Assembly (NCBI GenBank): GCA_002269645.1
Contig: NIVC01000450.1
Span: 1 to 64,000 of the forward strand
Direction of reading: 5' to 3'
DNA length: 64,000 nucleotides
From: Macrostomum lignano
Lineage: Eukaryota
How positions within the stretch are numbered: the stretch's first letter is position 1; every line of letters starts with the position of its first letter. Of this stretch, positions 42,301 to 54,500 are shown one piece after another. The translations under genes and the position numbers were made by a program. The notes beneath the pieces are model-generated. The model was not told the DNA's origin. It ran no database searches and was given only the letters and a program-made list of their open reading frames with translations.

Positions 42301-42368
42301 GTCTGTCTCATTGTCTGTCTCAGTGTCTGTCTGAGTGTCTGTCTCATTGTCTGTCTCAGTGTCTGTCT
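39360..42368. repeat. 12-bp satellite, copy B (about 3.0 kb)
   Basis: Same unit and flanks as 13680-15593, but about 1.1 kb longer. Confidence 0.95.
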
Positions 42369-42984
42369 TACGAGTGCTAATTACGCTCGTATTTCACCCA
42401 AAGGTCCTACTCAGCTCCAGTCAAATCAAACAGTGCTAAAAATCCAACATCAAAACCTCGAACGCTAATATTCGAGTTTGCATAACCAGAAAGCAACAAA
42501 TGAGCTGAGCACTGTATTTGATCTCCACAACAGCTGTCAGAGGTTCAGACTGACAGCAGATCACTCAGAATTCCCTCAAAACGGTCACTCAAATTACTCA
42601 AATTCAAATTTTACTCAACGTCATTAAAATCCCAGACTGAGAAGCGGACCAACTGAAAAGTGAGATCATTTTCAAAGCCCATTGCTGACCATGTTGAATC
42701 TCATGGTCTGAGCGGGCAGATCGAGTTGTATTTTCCGGTTAAAATTATTCTGCAATGTTTAATTTGACAATTTCGGTTTGCCGAAAGACACACTGGAATC
42801 CCAGCGCTGTGTAATTTGAGTCCCCTGCAGTCCCGACTGTGCTCAACTGTGAAACCCAGTTGAGTTGCAGTGCAAAAATTGCTCACAGACTCAGATAAAC
42901 AGACAGACAGACTGCAATATTCTGACAAATATGACACAAACATATGCGCAATGTTTATTTTCCTGCCCAAAGCCAGGCAGTGTC

Positions 42985-43106
42985 TATAAATACACCGGAG
43001 CTGCAGAGCGAACCTGCATTGCGTCTACAAATTTCAAACGCTGCTTCATAAAATATTCAAAAAGAGTAAGTCTATTTTTTTAAGCTTTTCAGTTTTTTAT
43101 TCTCAG
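42985..43106 (+). promoter_or_regulatory. TATA box and 5'-UTR intron of secreted Cys-module gene B
   Basis: TATAAATA at 42985-42992; the region is identical to copy A at offset 26775. Confidence 0.7.
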
Positions 43107-43114
43107 CCAACTTC

Positions 43115-45342
43115 ATGAGAATTCATTTGCTCTCGCATCTCGCAGTGTCCCGTTTGCTTCTCGTTGTGCTGGCGTCCCTGCCAGTCCTGGCGTTTGGCGC
43201 CGCCGTCACCTGCCGCTACGGGGACCGCACACTGCGGCCGGGCCAGAGCCACGTGTTTGAGCAGAACTGCGCCAGGCACAACTGCACCTGCAGCCCCGGT
43301 GTGGCTGGCAGCGACATGTGCAAATCTACCATGAGTGAGTAGTCTGGTGCTGGCGCCCCTGATGCTGGCGCCCCTGGTGCTGGCGCCCTTGTGCTGGCGC
43401 CCCTGGTGCTGGCGCCCCTGGTGCTGGCGCCCCTGGTGCTGGCGCCCCTGGTGCTGGCGCCTCTGGTGCTGGCGCCCCTGGTGCTGGCGCCCCTGGTGCT
43501 GGCGCCCCTGGTGCTGGCGCCCCTGGTGCTGGCGCCACTGGTGCTGGCGCCCCTGGTGCTGGCGCCCCTGGTGCTGGCGCCCCTGGTGCTGGCGCCCCTG
43601 GTGCTGGCGCCCCTGGTGCTGGCGCCCCTGGTGCTGGCGCCCCTGGTGCTGGCGCCCCTGGTCCGCTCACCTGCTCAATTTACTTCCAATTGCAGTCGGC
43701 TGCCTGGAGAGCAGCGGCAGCAGGTGCTACAAGGCTGGCGAGGCCGCCACGGTGACCGGCGCCAGCGGCCCGATGCACTGCGTCTGCCAGCAGGAGTCTG
43801 GCGGCTCGTTCACCTTCGCCAACTGCAGAACTGGTGAGTGCGAGGGCTGCCCCAGGTTTAGTGCTGTAGACTAGCGCTGCTGCCCCCCCCCGCTGGGGAA
43901 ACCCGGTTTCTATCGTTGGCGTGCTTGAAAGAAGATCTATATATAGGTAATGAAGAAGAATACTGTGCCGTTTTAGTGTCACATGAGATAACTGTCCTTT
44001 GGGTGACCCCTGTCTCTTTGTGGGCGCCCCTGTCTCTTTGTTGGCGCCCCTGTCTCCTAGGTTGGCGCCCCTGTCTATTAGGTTGGCACCCCTGTCTCTT
44101 TGTTGGCGCCCCTGTCTCCTAGGTTGGCGCCCCTGTCTATTAGGTTGGCGCCCCTGTCTCTTAGGTTGGCGCCCCTGTCTCTTAGGTTGGCGCCCCTGTC
44201 TCTTAGTGGGCGCCCCTGTCTCTTGGTGAGCGCTCCTGTCTCTTGGTGGGCGCCCCTGTCTCTTGGTGAGCGCTCCTGTCTCTTGGTGGGCGCCCCTGTC
44301 TCTTGATGGGCGCCCCTGTCTCTTGGTGGGCGCTCCTGTCTCTTGGTGGGCGCCCCTGTCTCTTGGTGGGCGCCCCTGTCTCTTGGTGGGCGCCCTTGTC
44401 TCTTGGTGAGCACCCCTGTCTCTTAGGTTGGCGCCCTTGTCTCTTAGGTTGGCGCCCTTGTCTCTTAGGTTGGCGCCCCTGTCTCTTAGGTTGGCGCCCT
44501 TGTGTCTTAGGTTGGCGCCCTGTCTTTTGGTGGGCGTCCCTTTCTCTTAGGTACGTGGACGTCCCTGCATCTTGTACGGGCTAAATGGAGCTCCTGTCAT
44601 TTATGTCACGCCTTTTTCATTTAGTTGTTGAAGGAGCCCCCAGCCCCCCGCTATCGCACGCCACTGAGCTCCAAATAACGCCGACTCCCGCAGAGACCTG
44701 CAGGGACAGCCGAACCGGAGAGGCCAAGAAGAAGGGCCAGCAGGTCACCACAGTGAGCGGCGGCGTCACCTACATTTGCACCTGCGCCGGAGTTGACGGC
44801 TTCCAGAACTGCCGCACCGATGAGGCTGTGCGCAACGAGGGCAGGTGCCTGGACGCGGCCTCCGGCAGCTACGTGGAGGTCGGCGCCCCGGCCACCACTG
44901 AGCGGGACGGAGCCGTCCTGCACTGCACCTGCGGCGGCACCAATGCCTACGTGAGCTGCCGATCTCCGCTCTGCAGAGACGTCAGCGGATCCGACAAGAA
45001 GGCCGGCGAGAAGGTGACGGTGGAGAACGGCGGCGTGATGTTCGTGTGCGACTGCGCCGGGCTGGAAGGCTACAGGAACTGCCTGAGCAAGGAGCAGTTC
45101 GACAACGCCGGCAAGTGCAAGGACATCGAGGGCCGCTACGTGGATCGCGGCCAGCGCTACCGGGTGCGCTACGGCGGGGTGCGCTACGAGTGCACCTGCG
45201 ACGGGGACAACCGGGGCAAGGAGTGCAGCGGTGAGTAGCAAAATTATGAGTAGCTTGACTAGCTTGTGAGTTCGCCCTGACTAACCTGTCCCACTGTAAT
45301 TATGAGTTACTGATGATTCCAATTCTCATTTCAGCTCTGTGA
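43115..45342 (+). CDS. Secreted six-module Cys-rich protein, paralogue B. Coding exons 43115-43334, 43696-43833, 44694-45230, 45335-45342
   Basis: Same splice sites and phases as paralogue A, with six conservative amino-acid changes, all in the large exon. Confidence 0.85.
44005..44552 (-). repeat. 20-bp minisatellite family, reverse orientation, intronic, copy B
   Basis: Longer than the paralogous array at 17335-17645 and containing additional unit variants. Confidence 0.9.
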
Positions 45343-45559
45343 GCACCTGTGCACCTGCGCATGAACGGTGATGAAAATCTGGCGTTATATAAACACATTT
45401 ATTCAGGATTGACCATCTGTGTCCCAGCAATATTATAGTCAGCAATATGCATAAAATATACTGATAATTAAATAATTAGATGCAGCCTGCTGCTGATGGT
45501 TGATGGTAAAGCAGATATTGATTTCCTTTTTATCTATACAAAAATAGGGTTGCCAGGGT

Positions 45560-46520
45560 TGACAAAAGTGACAGGAGTGACAGGAGTGACAGGGGTGACA
45601 AAAGTGACAGAAGTGACGGGAGTGACAGGAGTGACAGGAGTGACAGGAGTGATAGGAGTGACAGGAGTGATAGGAGTGACGGGAGTGACAGGAGTGACAG
45701 GAGTAACAATTAGGGTGACAGGAGTGACAGGAGTGACAGGAGTGACAGGAGTGACAATTAGGGTGACAGGAGTGACAGGAGTGACAGGAGTGACAGGAGT
45801 GACAGGAGTGACAGGAGTGACAGGAGTGACAATTAGGGTGACAGGAGTGACAGGAGTGACAGGAGTAACAATTAGGGTGACAGGAGTGACAGGAGTAGCA
45901 ATTAGGGTGACAGGAGTGACAGGAGTGACAGGAGTAACAATTAGGGTGACAGGAGTGACAGGAGTGACAGGAGTGACAGGAGTAACAATTAGTGTGACAG
46001 GAGTGACAGGAGTCACAGGAGTAACAATTAGGGTGACAGGAGTGACAGGAGTGACAGGAGTAACAATTAGGGTGACAGGAGTGACAGGAGTGACAGGAGT
46101 AACAATTAGGGTGACAGGAGTGACAGGAGTGACAGGAGTAACAATTAGGGTGACAGGAGTTACAGGAGTAACAATTAGGGTGACAGGAGTGACAGGAGAG
46201 ACAGTTAGGGTGACAGCAGTGACAGGAGTTACAGAAGTGACAGAAGTGACAGGGGTGACAGGAGTGACAGAAGTGACAGCAGTGACAGCAGTGACCGGAG
46301 TGACCGGAGTGACAGGAGTGACAGGAGTGACAATTTGGGTGACAGGAGTGACAGGAGTGACAGAAGTGACAGGAGTGACAGCAGTGACAGAAGTGACAGG
46401 AGTGACAGGAGTAACAATTTGGGTGACAGGAGTGACAGGAGTGACAGAAGTGACAGCAGTGACCGGAGTGGCAGGAGTGACAGGAGTGACAATTTGGGTG
46501 ACAGGAGTGACAGGAGCGAC
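45560..46520 (+). repeat. 9-bp satellite (gtgacagga) with acaattagg variants, about 100 units
   Basis: Direct tandem repeats. The paralogous position (18720-18890) holds only a short degenerate version. Confidence 0.93.
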
Positions 46521-48527
46521 TTAAATAATAACTGTCTTATAATTATTTGACCTACAGCTGATTGAAGCCTTTTTAATACATGTAGACCCAAAATTTAACA
46601 TAGTTAGACTACTTGAAGTAGCTGAATCAATTTGAACAACTATATATTTCAATTTTCATTGACTTATTTTATGCTAATTTCTATTTTATACATGGCTTCG
46701 CCTTCAAATCTTATTTTTGCTAAATTTTATGCCATCTCACGAGCGAGAGGAAACAGGATTTTTAGAAATACTCCAATTGGATATTATAATACCTATTCGA
46801 GAGTCTGTACTTCGAAGAGTAGAATAGCCTTGGCCATGGACTTTTAATTTAAAAAATCTGGACGAGAAAGTAAAAAATGAAATCCTTGAATTACATTTCC
46901 ACCCAATAGAAGAGAGGGATAATTAATTCCAGAATTATGGGGGGGCAGAAATGAAGGACAGACAGACAGATGGTCCAAAGTTCCTGGCGGCCTCTAAAGT
47001 AATTGCTTCAAGGGTAGTTCTTTTTGGCAAATTGGCAGTCCTTTTTGAAGAGTTGGATTTTGCTTGCTGAGATAAGTGATTGGCTTGAATGGAATGATGC
47101 TTGGCTGCCTCAGATTTGAGGGTGTATTTAGTCTTGTCTTCATGAGAGTGTCACAACTTTAATCTGGTCTTCCTAAGGGCGCCGCAACTTTAGTCTTGGG
47201 CTTCATGAGGGCGCCACAACTTTAGTCTTGGGCTTCATGAGGGCGCCACAACTTTAGTCCTGGTCTTCATTAGGGCGCCACAACTTTATTCTTGGGCTTC
47301 ATGAGGGCGCCACAACTTTAGTCTTGGGCTTCATGAGGGCGCCACAACTTTAGTCTTGGGCTTCATGAGGGCGCCACAACTTTAGTCTTGGGCTTCATGA
47401 GGGCGCCACACAACCTCACGCAGTTTATGGTTTTGGCGCCAGGCACAGTTTTGCTGAGGTGGAGTGGGTTTTGGCCTGTTCCATTTCTAGCAAGAGTACT
47501 AAAAACTTCCCCCTGAAATTTTCAGCTCCGTGATCTGACCTCAAGTCCATTAGCGACAATGATCAAATCAAATGGTTATTACTGTTATTATCAGTAATTA
47601 TCAATTAGTTGTCAGAGTCTCATGCAGATTGAACAGTATCAAATCTGACGGGTCTTCCCCAGAGGGAGACACCCGAGTCTTGAAGGGTTATCCAGGATGA
47701 CAGGCAGCCAACTTATTATTACAAGATTAACTGTGTCAGTGTCCTTTCAGAATTGCCCTATCGCTTTCATTTCAGTTAGAAATCTGACAGTCTGAGGTCT
47801 GGAATCGGGGGACTGTACTCTGTAACTCAAGCTCCCGTGCTTTGGCCTGAGTCCTCTCGCCTCCCTCTCCCAGATCTCTTCCAGCAGACAGTCCCGTCTT
47901 ACCCCTAAACCCGATTGGCTGTCACGGGGGTAGGGAAGACACCAGATCCCGCTCTCTCTCTCTCGCTCTGCTCCCATTTGCATTTCCCATCTCCCATTCC
48001 ATGCCCAGTCCAAAAAACCAAATCCCTGGGGGAGAGACGGTAAAAAAGCTGGGGGACAGAAAGGACTTGGGGATTAGAGATAAAACACACCGACTTTACA
48101 GCCCCAGCTCCAATAGGAAAACTACTCGTTGGAGATTCGCAAGAGCCGTTAAGTAAAGAAAGTCAACTTGCAAGTCTATTTTCTTCTGTTCTTCCTTGCA
48201 TTGCCAAGCCGCCCCCACCCAATCACCCCCAAGACGCCAACAGTTGTTCTTACAAGGTTTGAAAGACAGACATTAGTTGGCTTGTCAGTGCGTCTAGGAA
48301 GAAAATATTTTTAGGGTATAAGATTTATATTTGTGTCAGTTTACCCTCTGGCTTAGATATATGTAAGACACGCCGACTGCTTGAGGTGCTCAGCAGAGTC
48401 TTAACTTTTCAAAGCTCTGCTGAGAGACACAGAGAAGAAATCCGATATGAGCTGAGCTGACTAAAAAAATTGTTCCCCCAAGTTGCTTTTGCTCTGAAGG
48501 AAAGTCGGACCAAAAGAGTGATCGACG

Positions 48528-51500
48528 ATGAGCTGCTGCAGTGCTCTCTGCTTTTGCTGCTGCCTGATACTGGTTGGACCTGCTTCTTCAAATGTACAGC
48601 CATCTGGGCCGGCAGCTCCCGCTGAAGCTGGCGACAGCAACATCAGCGAAGGCTTGAATTCGGCCAGGCTGTCTGGCGCCATCAAGAAGCTGATCTCCAA
48701 CTATGACAACCGATTGAGGCCGAATTTTGGCAGTGAGTCAGTTTGTTGTTGATTTATTGATGCTCATGAACTAGGGTGCACTGGTATTGAACTAGACATT
48801 CTAATTTGAGCACTTTTGAGCACTAGAACTGAGACTGCCTTTAGTGTTGAGTAGTGGACACCCCGCTATTGAGGAGTGTGGACACCCTACAGTATCGAAG
48901 AGTGGACACCCTGTTATTGAAGAGTGAACACCCTGTTATCAAAGAGTGGACACCCTGTTATCAAAGAGTGGACACCTGCTATCAAAGAGTGAACACCCTG
49001 TTATCAAAGAGTAGACACCCTGCTATTGAAGAGTGGACACCCTGTTATCAAAGAGTGAATACCCTGCTATTGAAGAGTGGACACCCTGTTATCAAAGAGT
49101 GAACACCCTGCTATTGAAGAGTGGACACCCTGTTATCAAAGAGTGGACACCCTGCTATCAAAGAGTGAACACCCTGTTATCAAAGAGTGAACACCCTGCT
49201 ATTGAAGAGTGGACACCCTGCTATCAAAGAGTGAACACCCTGCTATTGAAGAGTGGACACCCTGCTATCAAAGAGTGAACACCCTGTTATCAAAGAGTGA
49301 ACACCCTGTTATCAAAGAGTGAACACCGTGCTATCAAAGAGTGAACACCCTGCTATTGAAGAGTGAACACCCTGCTATTGAAGAGTGGACACCCTGTTAT
49401 CAAAGAGTGAACACCCTGCTATTGAAGAGTGGACACCCTGTTATCAAAGAGTGGACACCCTGCTATTGAAGAGTGAACACCCTGTTATCAAAGAGTGAAC
49501 ACCCTGCTATTGAAGAGTGGACACCCTGTTATTGAAGAGTGGACGCCCTGTTATCAAAGAGTGGACACCCTGTTATCAAAGAGTGGACGCCCTGTTATCA
49601 AAGAGTGGACACCCTGTTAATAAAGAGTGGACACCCTGTTATCAAAGAGTGAACACCCTGCTATTGAAGAGTGGACACCCTGTTATCAAAGAGTGGACAC
49701 CCTGTTAATAAAGAGTGGACACCCTGTTATCAAAGAGTGAACACCCTGCTATTGAAGAGTGGACACCCTGTTATCAAAGAGTGAACACCCTGCTATTGAA
49801 GAGTGGACACCCTGTTATCAAAGAGTGAACACCCTGCTATTGAAGAGTGGACACCCTTTTATTGAAGAGTGGACATCCTGTTATTAAAGAGTGGACACCC
49901 TGCTATTGAAGAGTGGACACCCTGCTATTGAAGAGTGGACACCCTGTTATCAAAGAGTGGACACCCTGTTATCAAAGAGTGAATACCCTGTTATCAAAGA
50001 GTGAATACCCTGCTATTGAAGAGTGGACACCCTGTTATTGAAGAGTGGACACCCTGTTATTGAAGAGTGGACACCCAGCTGTTGAAGAGTGGACACCCTG
50101 TTATTGAAGAGTGGACACCCTGTTATTGAAGAGTGGACACCCTGTTATTGAAGAGTGGACACCCTGTTATTGAAGAGTGGACGCCCTGCTATTGAAGAGT
50201 GGACACCCTGTTATTGAAGAGTGGACGCCCTGTTATCAAAGAGTGGACACCCTGTTATCAAGAGTGGACACCCTGTTATCAAAGAGTGGACACCCTGTTA
50301 ATAAAGAGTGGACACCCTGTTATCAAAGAGTGGACACCCTGTTATTGAAGAGTGGACACCCTGTTATCAAAGAGTGGACACCCTGCTATCAAAGAGTGGA
50401 CACCCTGTTATCAAAGAGTGGACACCCTGCTATCAAAGAGTGGACACCCTGTTATCAAAGAGTGAACACCCTGTTATCAAAGAGTGGACACCCTGTTATC
50501 AAAGAGTGGGCACCCTGTTATCAAAGAGTGGACACCCTGTTATCAAAGAGTGGACACCCTGTTATCAAAGAGTGGACACCCTGCTATTGAAAAATGGACA
50601 ACCAAGTATTTAAGTTATAGATCTCTAAAAGTGACTCAAAATAGAATTATTCTACTATCTAAGATTGATTTACATATATTTTCGTGCAGGGTTTTATTAT
50701 CAATGATTTTGTAAATTATTTAACCTTCAACCCCCGCTTCATAAAGTACAACTTCATCAGTTATTGAGAACATTAAGCCCCAGTGCATCCATCACTCATC
50801 AATAAGCTGGTGCCTTCAAATTTGCTAGCATATTTTAGAGCTGTCAGGTTCTGCCTGATAAATGAGGCTCCATACCTAGCTTACGGCAAACTTGACAAAT
50901 AGACTATAAATTTGATTTGACAGCGTGTGTCGCTGTAAATCTAACAACAAAACATATCCTTGATTGTTTTTAGCCAGTGTACTTGACATCAACATGGAGG
51001 TGGTCATTGCCAGCTTCGATAGCATCTCTGAGGTTAATATGGTGAGTGCATTTTGATATTTTGTTTATTTAACTGGCTGTTTATGTTATATGCTTCAAAT
51101 CACAGTGGTATTCGTTTCTTCTTCGTCTCTACAAACCTAAGCTAGATAATCTCAGCCCTGAGATTTGTGTCTATACAAAGCTAAGCTAGATAATCTCACC
51201 CCTGAGATTTGTGTCTATTCAAAGCTAAGCTAGATAATCTCACCCCTGAGATTCGTGTCTACACAAAGCTAAGCTAGATAATCTCACCCCTGAGATTCGT
51301 GTCTATTCAAAGCTAAGCTAGATAATCTCACCCCTGAGATTCGTGGCTACACAAAGCTAAGCTAGATAATCTCACCCCTGAGATTCGTGTCTATTCAAAG
51401 CTAAGCTAGATAATCTCACCCCTGAGATTCGTGTCTACACAAAGCTAAGCTAGATAATCTCACCCCTGAGATTCGTGGCTACACAAAGCTAAGCTAGATA

Positions 51501-54500
51501 ATCTCACCCCTGAGATTCGTGTCTATTCAAATCTAAGCTAGATAATCTCACCCCTGAGATTCGTGTCTACACAAATCTAAGCTAGATAATCTCACCCCTG
51601 AGATTCGTGTCTATTTAAATCTAAGCTAGATAATCTCACCCCTGAGATTTGTGTTTATTCAAATCTAAGCTAGATAATCTCACCCCTGAGATTCGTGTTT
51701 ATTCAAATCTAAGCTAGATAATCTCACCCCTGAGATTCGTGTCTATACAAATCTAAGCTAGATAATCTCACCCCTGAGATTCGTGTCTATACAAATCAAA
51801 GCTAGATAATCTCACCCCTGAGATTCGTGTCTATACAAATCTAAGCTAGATAATCTCACCCCTGAGATTCGTGTCTATTTAAATCTAAGCTAGATAATCT
51901 CACCCCTGAGATTTGTGTTTATTCAAATCTAAGCTAGATAATCTCACCCCTGAGATTCGTGTTTATTCAAATCTAAGCTAGATAATCTCACCCCTGAGAT
52001 TCGTGTCTATACAAATCTAAGCTAGATAATCTCACCCCTGAGATTCGTGTCTATACAAATCAAAGCTAGATAATCTCACCCCTGAGATTCGTGTCTATTC
52101 AAATCTAAGCTAGATAATCTCACCCCTGAGATTCGTGTTTATTCAAATCTAAGCTAGATAATCTCACCCCTGAGATTCGTGTCTATACAAATCAAAGCTA
52201 GATAATCTCACCCCTGAGATTCGTGTCTATTCAAATCTAAGCTAGATAATCTCACCCCTGAGATTCGTGTTTATTCAAATCTAAGCTAGATAATCTCACC
52301 CCTGAGATTCGTGTCTATACAAATCCAAGCTAGACAATCTCACGTGAGATTCGTCTCTAAAATCAAAGCCTAATAATCTATAAGAAAATAATGGTTCCAG
52401 ACAATTTACATGTATTGCTACCTTAGAATATCGGCCCACAATAAAACCTTTTTCAAGAAATGTTCCCGAAATCAACAGTTTAAAAAATGAAACATTTCCC
52501 TAAAAAAATTCTCGCAAACAGACGAACGATTAAAGCAAGATTAAATTTGCTAGCAGAACTGCAAGGCCCAAGTCATCAGCAAGTTAAACAAAATTAACAA
52601 CCAAATCTCTGTGCACGGAATGCACACGTCTAAGTCTTGACTTTAAAATAAAAGTACAAAATTTGAAGCAGAACATGCAACCCTATGGGCAGATAAAGAT
52701 GTAGCCAACCTAAAATTCTTTTTCATTTTTCATCTGCTGAACTATTCTGCCGGAATGGAGAGAGATTGGGGGGGGGGGCTAAGCGAGAGACTTCATCACA
52801 ATTAACTATTATTATTAATATATAATGGGTGAAACGCGGACAGGGAGTCCCTCAATCCTTGAGCGACAACTCTATAGAAAACTTTTCAACATCGACTTTT
52901 TCTCTTTCTTTCTCGGCTACTCGCGGAAGTCTGCCGGCTGAATTTTGCTTGCTTGCCGTCCCCGCTTATCAAGAGGTGGCCTTACTCGATCTTCCTCTCC
53001 TCTCTCCTCTCTCCTTTCTTCTCAGCCGCATGTGTGTGGCCTCATGCTAGCCTAGGCTAGGCTAGTCCAGTCCAGTCCAGTCCAGTCCAGTCCAGTCCAG
53101 TCCAGTCCAGTCCAGTCCAGTCCAGTCCAGTCCAGTCCAGTCCAGTCCAGTCCAGTCCAGTCCAGTCCAGTCCAGTCCAGTCCAGTCCAGTCCAGTTCCA
53201 AAGAGACAGACAGACAGGGGTGCCCACCAAGAGACTGGGGCGCCCACCAAGAGACAGGGGCGCCCACCAAGAGACAGGGGCACCCAACCAAGAGACAGGG
53301 GCGCCCACCAAGAGACAGGGGCACCCACCAAGAGACAGGGGCACCCACCAAGAGACAGGGGCACCCACCAAGGGACAAGGGCACCCACCAAGAGACAGGG
53401 GCGCCCACCAAGAGACAGGGGCACCCACCAAGAGACAGGGGCGCCCACCAAGAGACAGGGGCACCCACCAAGAGACAGGGGCGCCCACCAAGAGACAGGG
53501 GCGCCCACCAAGAGACAGTGGCGCCCAACCAAGAGACAGGGGCGCCCACCAAGAGACAGGGGCGCCCACCAAGAGACAGTGGCGCCCACCAAGAGACAGG
53601 GGCGCCCACCAAGAGACAGGGGCACCCACCAAGAGACAGGGGCGCCCACCAAGAGACAGGGGCACCCACCAAGAGACAAGGGCACCCACCAAGAGACAGG
53701 GGCGCCCACCAAGAGACAGGGGCACCCAACCAAGAGACTGGGGCGCCCACCAAGACACAGGGGCGCCCACCAAGAGACAGGGGCACCCAACCAAGAGACA
53801 GGGGCACCCAACCAAGAGACAGGGGCACCCACCAAGAGACAGGGGCACCCATCAAGAGACAGGGGCACCCACCAAGAGACAGGGGCGCCCACCAAGAGAC
53901 AGGGGCGCCCACCAAGAGACAGGGGCGCCCACCAAGAGACAGGGGCGCCCACCAAGAAAAAAGGGGCACCCACCAAGAGACAAGGGCACCCACCAAGAGA
54001 CAGGGGCACCCACCAAGAGACAGGGGCACCCACCAAGAGACAAGGGCACCCACCAAGAGACAGGGGCACCCACCAAGAGACAGGGGCGCCCACCAAGAGA
54101 CAGGGGCGCCCACCAAGAGACAGGGGCGCCCACCAAGAGACAGGGGCACCCAACCAAGAGACAGGGGCACCCAACCAAGAGACAGGGGCACCCACCAAGA
54201 GACAGGGGCACCCACCAAGAGACAAGGGCACCCACCAAGAGACAGGGGCGCCCACCAAGAGACAGGGGCACCCAACCAAGAGACTGGGGCGCCCACCAAG
54301 ACACAGGGGCGCCCACCAAGAGACAGGGGCACCCAACCAAGTGACAGGGGCACCCAACCAAGAGACAGGGGCACCCACCAAGAGACAGGGGCACCCACCA
54401 AGAGACAAGGGCACCCACCAAGAGACAGGGGCGCCCACCAAGAGACAGGGGCGCCCACCAAGAGACAGGGGCACCCACCAAGAGACAGGGGCACCCACCA

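Noticed and set aside
47914-48223. CCAAT boxes and an octamer ATTTGCAT upstream of the receptor gene
   Set aside because: Short motifs expected by chance, and the transcription start is unknown.
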